The notes: generated by a model not told the origin, from the letters alone. A stretch of 64,000 nt of DNA from Macrostomum lignano (GCA_002269645.1 NIVC01002790.1:76217-140216), one strand, 5' to 3'; shown: positions 25,980-45,800, counted from the first letter of the stretch. A program made the numbers and translations.

Positions 25980-27030
25980 CGATTCTCAAAGAGAGATTGG
26001 AGGGCGATTCTCAGAGGGATTAGAGGGCTATTCTCAAAGAGAGATTGGAGGGCGATTCTCAGAGAGATTGGAGGGCGATTCTCAAAGAGAGATTGGAGGG
26101 CGATTCTCAAAGAGAGATTGGAGGGCGATTCTCAAAGAGAGATTGGAGGGCGATTCTCAAAGTGGGATTGGAGGGCGATTCTCAAAGAGAGATTGGAGGG
26201 CGATTCTCAAAGTGGGATTGGAGGGCGATTCTCAAAGAGAGATTGGAGGGCGATTCTCAAAGAGAGATTGGAGGGCGATTCTCAAAGAGAGATTGGAGGG
26301 CGATTCTCAAAGAGATTGGAGGGCGATTCTCAAAGTGGGATTGGAGGGCGATTCTCAGAGAGATTGGAGGGCGATTCTCAGAGAGATTGGAGGCCGATTC
26401 TCAGAGGGATTGGAGGGCGATTCTCAAAGAGGGATTGGAGGGCGATTCTCAAAGAGAGATTGGAGGGCGATTCTCAGAGGGATTAGAGGGCTATTCTCAA
26501 AGAGAGATTGGAGGGCGATTCTCAGAGAGATTGGAGGGCGATTCTCAGAGGGATTAGAGGGCGATTCTCAGAGAGATTGGAGGGCGATTCTCAGAGGGAT
26601 TAGAGGGCGATTCTCAAAGAGAGATTGGAGGGCGATTCTCAGAGGGATTGGAGGGCGATTCTCAAAGAGAGATTGGAGGGCGATTCTCAAAGAGGGATTG
26701 GAGGGCGATTCTCAGAGGGATTGGACGGCGATTCTCAAAGAGAGATTGGAGGGCGATTCTCAAAGAGAGATTGGAGGGCGATTCTCAAAGAGAGATTGGA
26801 GGGCGATTCTCAGAGAGATTGGAGGGCGATTCTCAAAGAGAGATTGGAGGGCGATTTTCAAAGAGGGATTGGAGGGCGATTCTCAAAGTGGGATTGGAGG
26901 GCGATTCTCAAAGAGGGATTGGAGGGCGATTCTCAGAGAGATTGGAGGGCGATTCTCAAAGAGGGATTGGAGGGCGATTCTCAAAGAGGGATTGGAGGGC
27001 GATTCTCAAAGAGGGATTGGAGGGCGATTA
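25980..27030. repeat. 25-bp (with 23-bp variants) minisatellite GATTGGAGGGCGATTCTCAAAGAGA
   Basis: About 43 units. Source of the repetitive ORFs at 26045-27106. Confidence 0.96.
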
Positions 27031-27063
27031 TCTTATTATCAAAGTTCTCTCTGTCTCTATTTT

Positions 27064-27308
27064 TCACTTTCTATTAGGCAGAGTTGACGCCATAGCTCGA
27101 CCCTGACCTCTGCTGCTGGCTTGTTGCAGAAGCGGCTGCTGCTGCTGTTGCTGATACCTGACATCTATCATCATTGGCCTGTGCTGTTGAAGATTCGGTT
27201 GATACTGCGGACTATTATAGTGCAGCTGATGATGCGGCTGAGGCTGCTGGAGATCCTGAGCTGCCGAGCTGTTGCCTCGATGATGCGCTTTCGATAGTCG
27301 AGCGGATG
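27064..27308 (-). CDS. Putative alternative terminal exon of CK1 (Gln/His-rich tail, isoform about 403 aa)
   Basis: Acceptor TTCATTATCCAG at 27309-27320. 245 nt = 2 + 81 codons, matching the phase-1 donor at 29616. Reads (A)SARLSKAHHRGNSSAAQDLQQPQPHHQ...QQQQQQPLLQQ...TLPNRK*. Confidence 0.6.
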
Positions 27309-27749
27309 CTGGATAATGAAGTTTTTGAGTGATTGCATTATAAATCGATTATATTATATGATTTATAGAAATAGACTACATTTAGAAACAGTAAAAAAGT
27401 TTACTAGGAAATAATTATTCAATCGGTTGTCTTTCACTCAGCTCTAGTCAGAGCAATATTAAATACAATATATTATTATTATTGCTAATAACACACTGTT
27501 CTCACATGTCGCATTATTTTCTATTCACAGGCGGAGGGATTTAAAAAACTTATTTTAAAAATCAAACATATTGTCCCGAACAGCAAACAATTGATTTGTT
27601 ATTGTTTAAAGTGCAACTATAATCGATTTACTGCCACGGCTAACTCTGTTATTGACTGCAGCTTATTTGCAATAACTGCCCTGTTTGTGCTACGACTGGA
27701 GATTGTGGATCAACAATGAGTATCTTAACGGTCTGGTTGGCAGATCTGG

Positions 27750-28190
27750 AGTCTGGTATTTGGGACCTGGGATTTGTGATCTGGTATTTGGGACTTGGGA
27801 TTTGTGATCTGGTATTTGGGACCTGGGATTTGTGATCTGGTATTTGGGACCTGGGATTTGTGATCTGGTATTTGGGACCTGGGATTTGTGATCTGGGATT
27901 TGGGATCTGGCATTTAGGATCTAGCATTTGGGATCTGGCATTTGGGATCTAGCATTTGGGATCTGGCATTTGGGATCTAGCATTTGGGATCTGGCATTTG
28001 GGATCTGGGATCTGGCATTTGGGATCTGGGATTTATGATCTGAGATTTGGGATCTGGGATTTGGGATCTGGGATTTGGGATCTGGGATTTGGGATTTGGG
28101 ATTCGAAATTTGGGATTTGAAATTTGGGATTTGGAATATGGGATTCAGGATTAGGATCTGGGATTTGAGATTTGAAATCTGGGATTTTGA
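27750..28190. repeat. 28-bp minisatellite (TCTGGTATTTGGGACCTGGGATTTGTGA) grading into 7/14-bp TGGGATC/TGGCATT repeats
   Basis: Tandem units seen directly. Confidence 0.9.
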
Positions 28191-28425
28191 TCTGTAAATT
28201 AGGCGAACAAAAGTTTCAGATCAATAAATATTACTGACTTGTTGACGCACCATTAGCAAGCTCAATTTTTGGAATTAAAAAAACACAGGATACATACATA
28301 CGGAGATATTGCAACGAGCAATAATAATAGAAAATCACACTGTTCAAGTGTTTGATATTAAAACGGCCAATATATGCCAAGAAAGACGGGCGAACTGCTG
28401 GATGTCTATAGGATTTTTAAAACTG

Positions 28426-31400
28426 TCACGAGATTGGCGTTCCACCGAAGCCGCCAGCCATGTACATGCCGGGAGGCGGGATCGAGTCTGGCGCCAGCGC
28501 GCCTGACAGCGGAGGCGGCGGCGCGGCGCTGGCGCGCAATTGGCGCCGGACTTCGTAGTCGAGATAGTTCTGACCATACTGTTGCTGCTGCTGCAGCGGC
28601 AGCGGCGGCAAAGGTCGATAAACATTCCTTACTCCGCCGGCGTTGGAGTAAAAATTAGCAGTAGCAGCAGCAGCGGCAGAGGGACCGGCTAAAGAGTGGC
28701 GGTGGGCAGCTTGCTGCTGCTGCTGCTGGGGAGAGAAGCCTATTGAAGATCGCAGATGGAAATCTTTTGGTAACTTTCAAATTTAACTACATGTACTGTT
28801 TTCGCTACTGGAAGTAGGCGATTGACGAAACTAACTTTTATTTAAATATGCATTTTATCAGTCATTAATTGATTTGAATAGAATTAAGCAGTTAAACGAA
28901 AAGTAGTCGCATTGTTTTATTTCAACAAATCTTTTAAGTCGGGTTAAATTCAATACAATACGCTCGCAGTTTTAAGTACGTCACCACTTCCTTGAGTCAT
29001 AACCCTTCAGTGGGTCACCCCATTACCCCATGAGTCATGACCCTTCAGTGGGTCACCCCATTACCCCATGAGTCATGACCCTTCAGTGGGTCACCCGCTA
29101 CCTCATGAGTCATGGGTTTCTGTGGGTCGCCCGCTACCCTATGAGTCATGGCCCTTTAGTAGGTCACCCCATGAGTCATGGCCCTTTAGTAGGTCACCCC
29201 ATGAGTCATGGCCCTTTAGTAGGTCACCCCATGAGTCATGGCCCTTTAGTAGGTCACCCCATGAGTCATGGCCCTTTAGTGGGTCACCGCATTAGTCATG
29301 GCCCTTTAGTAGGTCACCCCATGAGTCATGGCCCTTTAGTGGGTCACCGCATTAGTCATGGTCTTTCAGTGCGTCACCCCACCAACCCAATGAGTCATGA
29401 CCCTTCAGTGGGTCACCCCACTACCCTATGACCCTTCAGTGGGTCACCCCACTACCCCTATGAGTCATGGCTCTTCAGTGGATCACTGCGAGACCCAACC
29501 AAAATGTTGTTAAAACAAATCCTCAAGTAGACATAAGATTACAAAGTTTAGTAATTTAGTAAGATAAAAGTAAGATAAACAAACTGAGCAGACTCATTTA
29601 ATAATTCTGACTTACCTCCTACAGCCTGAGCAGAGTTGGCTGTTGCACCTGGAGCACCGGATCCTTGGCCTCCGATGGCCGCCGCCGCAGGCTGTCCGAA
29701 CTTGAGCATATTCCAATCGAACACGTAATCGTAAGTGAATCCCTCTCGATGGAACAGATTCCTAAACAGCTGTCTAGAGTAGCTATAATCCGGCTTATCT
29801 TCGAATCGCAGAGATCGACAATAATTCAAATAGGTGGCAAACTCTGCTTGATAATTCTGGCACAGAGTTTCAACTGGGGTTTGCATCTTTTTCTCGCTAA
29901 TCCGCTCGTACTTTTGACGCTTTGTAGCGGCTTTCAGACCCTGCCAGGGTAGGATACCGCGCAGGAAGTACATGAACACGTAGCCTAGGGACTCCATGTC
30001 GTCTCGGCGGGCTTGCTCTGCGAATGGGGTGAGATTTCGGAGGAGACTGTTGGATTATGGTAGGTGAGACTCTGGGTGAGACTGTTGGATTATGGTAGGT
30101 GAGACCTCGGGGGAGACTGTTGGATTATGGTAGGTGAGACTCTGGGTGAGACTGTTGGATTATGGTAGGTGAGACCTCGGAGGAGACTGTTGGATTATGG
30201 TAGGTGAGACTCTGGGTGAGACTGTTGGATTATGGTAGGTGAGACTCTGGGTGAGACTGTTGGATTATGGTAGGTGAGATTCCGGGTGAGATGTTGGATG
30301 ATGGTGGGTGAGATTCCGGGTGAGAGACCACTAGATTTTGGAGTGAGATATTAGGTGAGAGACCACTAGATTCTGGGGTGAGAGACTAGATTCTGAAGTG
30401 AGATTACGGGTGAGACTACTAGATTTTGGAATGAGATTACGGGTGAGACTACTAGATTTTGGAGTGAAATCAATCGGACACACTCACCAATGCCAAGATG
30501 GGTGTTAACGCTAGCATATCTGGCAGTTCCAGTGAGGTTCTTATTCTCCCTGTATGGAATGTGCTGGTGAGTCCTGGCGTCTCTGTACTTCTTGGCCAAA
30601 CCAAAGTCGATGATGTACACCAGATTGCCTTTCTTACCGAGGCCCATGAGGAAGTTGTCCGGCTTAACGTCTCTGCGAGTGACAAAATAAGTAAATTGTC
30701 TGATTTTTATATTCTCGATATCAGCTACACATGGTACCTAGGAATTTGAACTCAAGAAAAAGTTAAAACGAAATCCATTCCTAAGGGTGCTTGGAATTCA
30801 TTTCTAAACTGTGGTGTCTCAAAGGAGATTTTGATACCGAACTGAGTGGGATTCTAATCCCAAGATTCCCTATGATTCTTATCCTAAACTGGGATTCTGA
30901 TCCTAAACTGGGATTCTGATCTCGAACTGGGATTCTGATCTCGAACTGGGATTCTGATCTCGAACTGGGATTCTGGTCTCAAATTGGGATTCTGATCTCG
31001 AACTGGGATTCTGGTCTCAAACTGGGATTCTGGTCTCAAACTGGGATTCTGATCCTAGACCTAACCTGGGATTCTTATCCTAAACTGGGATTCTGATCCT
31101 AAACTGAGATTCTGATCCTAAACTGGGATTCTGATCTTAACCTGGGATTCTGATCCTAACCTGGGATTCTGATCTTAACCTGGGATTCTGATCCCAAACT
31201 GTGATTCTGATCCCAAACTGTGATTCCGATCCTAACCTGGGATTCTGATCCCAAACTGGGATTCTGATCCTAACCTGGGATTCTGATCCTAACCTGGGAT
31301 TCTGATCCCAAACTGTGATTCTGATCCCAAACTGTGATTCTGATCCTAACCTGGGATTCTGATCCCAAATTAAGAAACTTCAACAAACATAAACAGAATA

Positions 31401-31817
31401 TCAATAATGAAAATCATGACTAAGCAGAATTTCTCACCTGTGAATGAAGTTCTTGCTGTGAATAAATTCAATTCGATTCAACAACTGATCGGCCAACAAC
31501 AGTACAGTCTTCAGTTTAAATTTTCTACCACAAAAGTTAAACAAATCTTCCAGACTGGGGCCCAGCAGCTCAAGCACCATCACATTGTAGTCACCTTCTG
31601 TGCCGCACCATTTCACAACGGGCACGCCAACTCCGCCTTGCATGAGCTTGTAGATTTTGCTCTCAATGTGCAACTGAGGATGCTTAGTGCGCACGCACTC
31701 CAGCTTAATAGCAACCTCCTCCCCATTAGTAATATCAGTGCCCAAGTAGATGTCGCCAAATGAGCCGCTGCCAATCTTTCTACCCAGCCGGTATCTGTTG
31801 CCAACGCGTAGTTCCAT
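28426..31817 (-). CDS. CSNK1D/E: Casein kinase 1 delta/epsilon (doubletime-like), about 426 aa; exons 31817-31438, 30672-30488, 30017-29616, 28739-28426
   Basis: [26 protein letters not shown]...[12 protein letters not shown]...[12 protein letters not shown]...LTGTARYAS...[13 protein letters not shown]...FEDKPDYSY...[10 protein letters not shown]. All introns are GT-AG with consistent phases (2,1,1). Low-complexity Q/A/P tail. Confidence 0.95.
28995..29480. repeat. 30-bp minisatellite (CCCCATGAGTCATGGCCCTTTAGTAGGTCA) in CK1 intron 3
   Basis: Tandem units with longer variants at the edges. Confidence 0.92.
30035..30460. repeat. 35-bp minisatellite (GAGACTGTTGGATTATGGTAGGTGAGACTCTGGGT) filling CK1 intron 2
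   Basis: Tandem units, diverging towards 30460. Confidence 0.9.
30885..31370. repeat. 19-bp minisatellite (TGGGATTCTGATCCTAAAC) in CK1 intron 1
   Basis: About 25 tandem units. Confidence 0.93.
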
Positions 31818-32539
31818 ATATTAATTATGATTTAGCAGAGATTGACAAAGGTCGAATAGATGCAAACCTTCTAGGTTAGCTACTTGTGTACCTTATTAGT
31901 AGCAATTAGGGAGTTTTTCTACGAAAATATTCTTGTATCAACAAAATTTTAGTTGACTTTTTTGTCTGAAATGAAAAATCATTTAAATTAGGTTTTAGGC
32001 AATGTAATTTAAATGTAAGCTTTAAGTATCTTTTTGTACAAATTGCATTTTAGCCCTTTTTGCATTATTAGCTAATGAAAAAATATGAATACTGAGCCTG
32101 CATTAAATTTCCATCAAAAAAGGCTAGAGCCAATAGTCATCAAAGAGGAGATCAAGTCTGTATATTCTACATCTTCCTTCAGGATAACCCCACAATTGAT
32201 AGCTGGCTATTGGCACTAAATAGGAGAAAAATTGATAGTTGTTAAGCTCCTTGATAAGGATTGATAAATCTAATGGCCACAATTGCATACACTGTGGAAT
32301 ATCTCATCTAGGTCAATGAATAAGAGAGATCTTGCATTAAATCCTAGGGTACAATAATATTAATGCCTAATGAATATCCCAAATGCTTTATAAGATCACA
32401 AGCAGAACTAGCTTAGCTCTTGCTAGCTCTATAATCAGATTTAAGAAACAAATCATAACTATAGCTAAGTGCTAGATCACTATTTGACCTTGAGTCTACA
32501 CAAGACTCCATAGAGTAGCAATGCCTTAGAGAAGCCCCC

Positions 32540-32836
32540 CATACATGCGCAACCTCCAAAATTCGGTCGGCCATGCAACTTAGTCTTAACAAAAATGCGA
32601 CGTAGTTTTTGGCCAAAAATGCGACTTACATGTAAAAAAACCCTAAAGCAAAATTAACGCTACTTTGGGTAAACGGCAAGAGTAATTATGACTGTCTTAT
32701 AAATCAAAATGCCTCGTCAGCTACTTAGTAGTACTACTTTAGTATTTTTTTGGGTGGGCATTTTTGCGACTTCTTTGATTGGCCGCCAAAATGCTCGGCC
32801 AGATTGGCTGACTTGGCCGACTGTTGCGCATGTATG
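32540..32836. mobile_element. MITE-like inverted-repeat element upstream of CK1
   Basis: Perfect 14-bp inverted repeat CATACATGCGCAAC (32540-32553 / 32823-32836). A solo relative of the right end lies at about 20827-20853. No TSD established. Confidence 0.5.
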
Positions 32837-33067
32837 AGGCCCCCTCCTACAAGTTCAAGCAGTCTGAGTCAACTGGCAAGATCTTGGGCTATTTCTTCTA
32901 GGACTATCAAGGGATCTTGATTTGGCAAATATTTACCCATAGGACATACCATTATAAATGTTTAATAGGCCAACTTTGTTAGGCAATTGTCTAGAAAAGG
33001 TGGGGGAAGCTAGCAAGCCTTGCTCTTTGCTACTCTACAACAATACCCCAACTTATAATGCCTAGGT

Positions 33068-33394
33068 TACAATGAATGCTATTAGCATTAATAATAATAT
33101 ATAATTGATTACACCTGTCCAATAGGCAGATGTGCAACCAACAGCTCAGTTGCAGCTGTTGCGCGGCACACCTGAAAGCTACATATGGCTGTTCAGTCCA
33201 AGGACTAGGGGGTCACCACACACACCCTCAATTACCCCAGCTAATGCTGGCACCCATTTTACAGCTGGGTGAACTAAAGCAATGCAGAGTTAAGTGTCTT
33301 GCTCAAGGACACAAATTGTTCCAGTGGGATCGGGAATCAAACCTCCAACCTTCAAGTTGTGAGTCTGACACTCTAACCACTAGGCTACAACCCC
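33068..33394 (-). mobile_element. tRNA-derived CORE-type SINE, copy 1
   Basis: A box TAGCCTAGTGG, B box GGTTTGATTCCC, central GTGTCCTTGAGCAAGACACTTAAC...CTGTAAAATGGG, (ATT)-type tail. Homologous to 48607-48927. Confidence 0.88.
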
Positions 33395-35090
33395 CTATTA
33401 CTATTGCAAGGTTCAAAATCTTTTTCCCCCTCCTATGTAGCCTCTTTATTAGACCTAGATCTTTCCAATTTTCATAAGTTAAAAAAATTAAAAAAATAAT
33501 AGACCAACCTTTGTTGATTACTTTTTTATATTTGGAACATTTTGAAATGTTAAATCTGATATTAACATTTGAAATATAAAATAAAAATGCTTAATTGAAA
33601 AAATATAGATATAGTACTAACTAGATATAAAAGCTTTAGACTTGCAATAATATAGTCATAGTTATTCTTACTATTACTCTAAAATTGTTAATTTTGCTAT
33701 TATCTTTGTTGTTAACTTTCTTAGGTAAATTTTTTTTTCATCAAAAAGTGAATTTCATGGCTAGGCCTAATATAAATCAAGTCAATTGCACATGTATGAG
33801 TTTATGCACATGATATATATGTTTTATTTAGGAATATTTCAATAATCTAGAATAGACTAGGGTATAAACTAGATTAGACATAAACTAGACCTAAACTAGA
33901 TTAAAAACTAGATTAGATTAGAATTAGATTAGACTAGATTTCAAATCCAATTGAATTTGACTTAAAATTTTAACTAGAAAAACCTTGGAAAAAACCTTAT
34001 GTATAGAAAACCTCTTATAAAAAACCTCATTATGGAAAAATCCTAGCAAGGAAATCTTAGTAAGAAAATATGATTAGGAAAACCTTGCTATAGCTTATAG
34101 CATATAGGAAAAACTTATGCAAGAAAACTTCATGGCAGAAAAGTTTGTGCGAGCAAAGCTTAATAGGAAAACTTTATATAGGAAATTCTAATATACATAC
34201 ATTTTTAATAAATATAAAAAATATTTTTATAGATATAGAAAGCTAGGTTTTTGTATGTATAATATATAGCCTATATCCTATGGCACCTTGAATTTTGAAA
34301 TCTAGGCCCCCCTATGCTAAAATTAAAAAGTGGATACAGTTCAAGTGTAGTCTTATAACCAATTTTTCTAATTCATTTTAAGCCTTAGACCTATTTGCAT
34401 TTGATTTAAAAATCTAGCAATATTATTTGGCAGTCATGGCTAATGACTAGACCTATGTTAATATCAAGTAATGTATAGCAGTATAGGGGCCTAGTAGGCC
34501 TACAAATAACTTTTGTGATGAAAAAAATTGAATTGGAAGTGGGGTGGGTCAAATATAAAAAACAATGTAATTGTAGGTCTGGCTAGGCACAGTATTAAAT
34601 GTAAAATTTGCATGTTGCAAACTGTGCTACACTAGGCCCTAACTATACTGTCCTGTAAGTCTGTAACCTGTTGTAAAATTTGGGCAGTCTGGCAGTAGCA
34701 GCCAGTGAGTCGGAGTCTGTCTGACTGCATCTGGCAGTCAGACTGTATAGCATGCATAGTCTCAACATTGCAGCTTTCTTTATTTCATCGAAAAATCGAA
34801 ACTTCACAATGCACTAAAATACCGTTGGAAGAGATAGAGGATAGAGCCTCTGTAAGGTTCGGATAGGCCCCTCCTCTAGGCCTATACTAATCACTGTGTT
34901 ATTGTTGTGACTTAAAGATGTAAATCGATGACTTTGTTCGCTGATGAACAAAAAGCCTTTCTTACATACTGTGTTATTTTTACTCTAATTTTAAAAAGTA
35001 ATTATACAGAAATGACAACAAATTCTACAATTTTTTTAAGGAAAATGTAGTTGGTTGTTTTCATAACAGTTTTTATTTGTTTTACATCAT

Positions 35091-35104
35091 GTTTTCATAG
35101 CAAC
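35091..35104 (+). promoter_or_regulatory. RFX X-box motif GTTTTCATAGCAAC upstream of CFAP52
   Basis: Matches the GTHNYY-AT-RRNAAC consensus, about 110 bp upstream of the ATG of a ciliary gene. Confidence 0.7.
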
Positions 35105-35215
35105 AGTATTGATGGTGGCTTCAAAAAAGAACGTGAATGTATATTTTTTCCACTATCCGCCTGTCGCCTGATTTTATATACATGCTAAAAAATACAAAAT
35201 AGTTGTCGAATAGAA

Positions 35216-41808
<6,593 letters not shown>

Positions 41809-42815
41809 GACTTGAAATTCCATGCAGGAGAGAGAGAGACAAAGTTAAAGGGAATGATAAAAAAATGATTGTTTTGAAACTTTTTTAGCATTGTCGTGTT
41901 TTGAATATACTGTATAATTTTTAGTTTATAACATCAGAAGTTAGTGACCTAATATTATTGAGTGCTTTATATTCACTTTGATTGAGATCTGTAGTAATAG
42001 CAAGCAAAAATCAAGACCGCTTAAAATGTTTGTTACGTCAATAAACGTCAATTAATCTTTTAAAGATAGAAAACGACTGCTTTATTTTGATTTTTAAACT
42101 TCCTTTGATCTTTGAAAAGACAGTTATGGACCAATATACAATACAATGTGCATGGTGTCTAATGTAATTGCCGATTATGTTTGCTTACATTCTGTGAATT
42201 AAACATTTAAGTGTTCACAAATATAACAAACGTTAATAACTATTATATTCTTGTGTCATTATTTAACAGGTCTATAGATTACTTACTTATGAGATTATCA
42301 AGAGCAAATTACTGTCCAGTATAGTGGGAATAGTATGGAGGAAAAAAGCATAGACACATGGACTTTCAAGACATTACTAGTTTTCCGGGATACTTCATTC
42401 CGTAATGTTAAATCGTCCGCAAAAAGTCGAATAATTTATCCGCACGTTAAAAAAATTCCCACGAGTCCGAAATGGCCAAAACTGCGTATTGGTCAGCAAT
42501 TACTCGTAAATCTTCTGCTCAGTAAAATGACACTGAGTAGTTTTATTGTTAAAAAAACACAGCAAAACCCTGTGGACGGCTATGCCAAATAGTCTATGCC
42601 CAAAACCGCCACAACGCACATAAAAGTGTAATCATTAAACCGTCTGAACCAGACATCTTCAACGCTCACGACACATTTATAGCGCGCCTACGTGTAAGCT
42701 AAATTTTCGATTTAAGCCCACAAATACGAATACGAAATTACGTCGCGTTGATGGGCTAGAGGCACAATTCAATCAGACTTTTCTGCCTTCAGACGTGCGG
42801 ATTTACCGACTAAAA

Positions 42816-45800
42816 ATGGTAAGTTGTTTTTACTAATAAAGAGTCTTTAATGCTTTAATTAATGGCTGATTGGAGCCAAAGAGTAGAGAACTCTGCAAAA
42901 TATTTAACCTATCAAATGGCACTACCAAGCCGAAAAGTCACAACCTTGTCACAGTCTTAGATTAGCAACCCATACACTGGCCTGCGAGACCAAAGATCTC
43001 CTGCAAGAACAGGACTTGGCCAAAAGTGCCATGTGATGTGAGGGTAGAAATAGAAGTTCCCTTCCTGTTTAAGTGCAGTTGGAACTTTTACAGCACTGCC
43101 TGGTGATGAATTTGAACCCGAAATATCGGATAAAGTTGCTGAATTTTAAGAACCTTACTGCAGAGGATAGAGTAATGACTCAATAAGATGGAGACATAAT
43201 GAAAATTTTAGACAAATTCATCAAGGACACGACACAAGCCAGAACGCAACGGCCCTGAGGGCGTAGTTGACAAATATTTTTATTCGCTAGCTTTATCTAT
43301 TTTTTCTACTATTTTCTAACATGAATTAGTTCACCTCAAATATGTAACAATCAGAATAAATTAATAATGATTTGCATGCACAACCGCGACTGCCACAACA
43401 GGCGATCGGCACTTTGGAGCAGACAAACCAGCTGCTGATGCTGATGCTGCATATGAAACGTTGGAAGTTCATCTGGTTCATCATTGTGTTCCTATCCGCA
43501 ATCTCTAATCACATGCTGTTCCCAATCATCGACGGCTGGATGGGCACCCTTGGCCAAGTTTACACGTCGATTGACACAAAACGATTCGTGGAATCAAATC
43601 TTATACTGGCTGAAACTTATAAGTATGAACGACAGCTGGAAAGCTTAAAAAGCATTCTCGATTCGGAAAATGTTAGGGACAGCGGTTCTTTGATTGAGAC
43701 CTGCTCCAGTCCGAAGGCCTGCAAAGCCAGGATGTTCAGCGTTATGTTTGGCCGTGTGGACACCAGTAAGTTCTCCAACTTTGTCACTTACAATTACAGC
43801 AATCGGCCGCGCGTCGAATGCCAGATGTCGTACGGTGGCGACCTTAATTGTCCCTACCTGGGAAACCTGGCCGTGATGTCCAGCTACCCAAACAAGTGGA
43901 AGAACTATATGTACAAGGAGATCCACTTCTTTAGCCTGACAAGCCGGAAAGAGGGCAAGAAAACTGACTCGGTGCGGGGCAATACGACAAAATGCGCTAA
44001 GCACGAAAACTTTGAGACAGTATTCTCGCGCACCGTTATGATGCAATGCGTCATAATTATTGGCTCAATGTCGTTCTACTTTCTGGTGTCAACGCAGTCG
44101 TGCATCGCTCAACTAAAGCGGGACGGCTTTCTGCAGCTCATGATGCAGAAGGGTTTGTCAGTTTCAGCCTATTGGCTAGTTATAAGCGCAATGACCGCAA
44201 TAGAAATCGTTTCATTCTCAATAATATTCGTCACTTCATTAGCCGTTCAATGTCCGGGCTTTTTCAATCCCGTTCACATGCTGCTAGTGTTTTTGATGTC
44301 TTTGTTCTACATGGTGGCGCTCACCTCCGTTGGCCTACTGCTCACAGTCACATTCGGCAACTACTACTACGTGGGACTGATGACTGTGCTGATTGCTATT
44401 ATCTCGATGGTGCTAGTACTAGTCAACCGAATGGCAATCAGTACTATCGTAGTATTGAAGATCATATTACTATTCATATTTCCTCTGGGTCACTTCGCAG
44501 AATTCGTGCAAGGCATTCTGCTATCCGAGATTCGAATGGAATCAATCAGCATTTACAATATTAGCATTCTGGTTGTCACCCTGCTATCAGCGGTGGTCCT
44601 AGTACTAAGCACGCTGGTGTTGGACTACGTGAGCGGGTCCGGGAACGGGTTCCGTCTACCTGCTCAATTCTTCATCCGAAGAGAGTTTTGGACGGCCCAG
44701 CCAGCTAGTAAAGAGCTCGGACCGGAGAAGGACGATCCACTGTACGGCGAGGAGCCTCCGGAGTACGCAAATATCGAACCAGTTACTGATGGACTGCGAC
44801 CGTTAGTACGAATGAGCCACCTTAGCAAAGCGTTTCAAGCCAGAAAGGCATGCGGCAAGTCGGAGACTTTCTACGCTGTCAAGGATATGTCAGGTGAGGC
44901 GCAGCAATCTTTATTTTGATTGACTCGCGACAAAAAACGTAATCAAGGACGAGCATTTTAACAACTGAAATTTTCTGTATCAAGTAACAAACCAACATAA
45001 AACCTCCACCTGCAGCTATGGTTTATGAGAACCACATCACCGCCATCATTGGTCACAACGGCGCCGGCAAGACTACACTGCTCAATCTGCTGACGGGAGC
45101 CGACACGCCGACTACTGGTCACGCGTCAATCTGCGGCATCGTTGGAACGAATCCGTTAAAACGCCTTCGACTCAGAGGCCATCTAGGCATCTGTCCGCAG
45201 ATCATGAACTTTGCATCGAGCATCACGGTTGAACAGACGTTACAGCTGTTAGTTATCAGTTGCGGCCTGCAATGGAACGAGTGCCAGGAGGAGCTCACCA
45301 GGATGTTAAAAGTGGCCCGGCTAGATAATAAGCGGCACTATCGGACTGGCCGGTTGAGTGCCGGGCAGCAGCGCAAACTAGCCGTCATCATGGCGCTGAT
45401 GGGCAACCCGCGTGTCCTGTTCTTGGACGAGCCAACTAGCGGACTCGATCCGGAGTCGCGTCGACGAATGTGGCGCCTATTGCAAGAGTACAGACACGGC
45501 CGAGCCATACTGATCAGCACGCAGTTCATGGACGAGGCGGACACGTTGGCGGATAGGAAGATTTTCATATCTAGCGGTGCACTACTCTGTGCAGGTTCGT
45601 CCTTGTTTTTAAAGAGCGCATTCGACTGCGGCTTCGTGTTTGAAGTGACGCTGAAGAATGAAAAGCACTCGAAATTAGTTAAAAAGCAAATCCTGGAAGA
45701 GTTCAAAATGGTCAAGGTTAAGAAAAGTTTTGGCGTAAATCTGAACTTTCAACTGCCAGCCAGGGATATCAACTTTTTGCCGGCCCTGGCCCAAGCATTC

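Noticed and set aside
26045-27106. Five overlapping repetitive ORFs
   Set aside because: Artefacts of the 25-bp array.
34479-34650. Small element with CAGTATAG...GGGCCTAGT imperfect inverted ends
   Set aside because: The TIR needs gaps and no TSD is evident.
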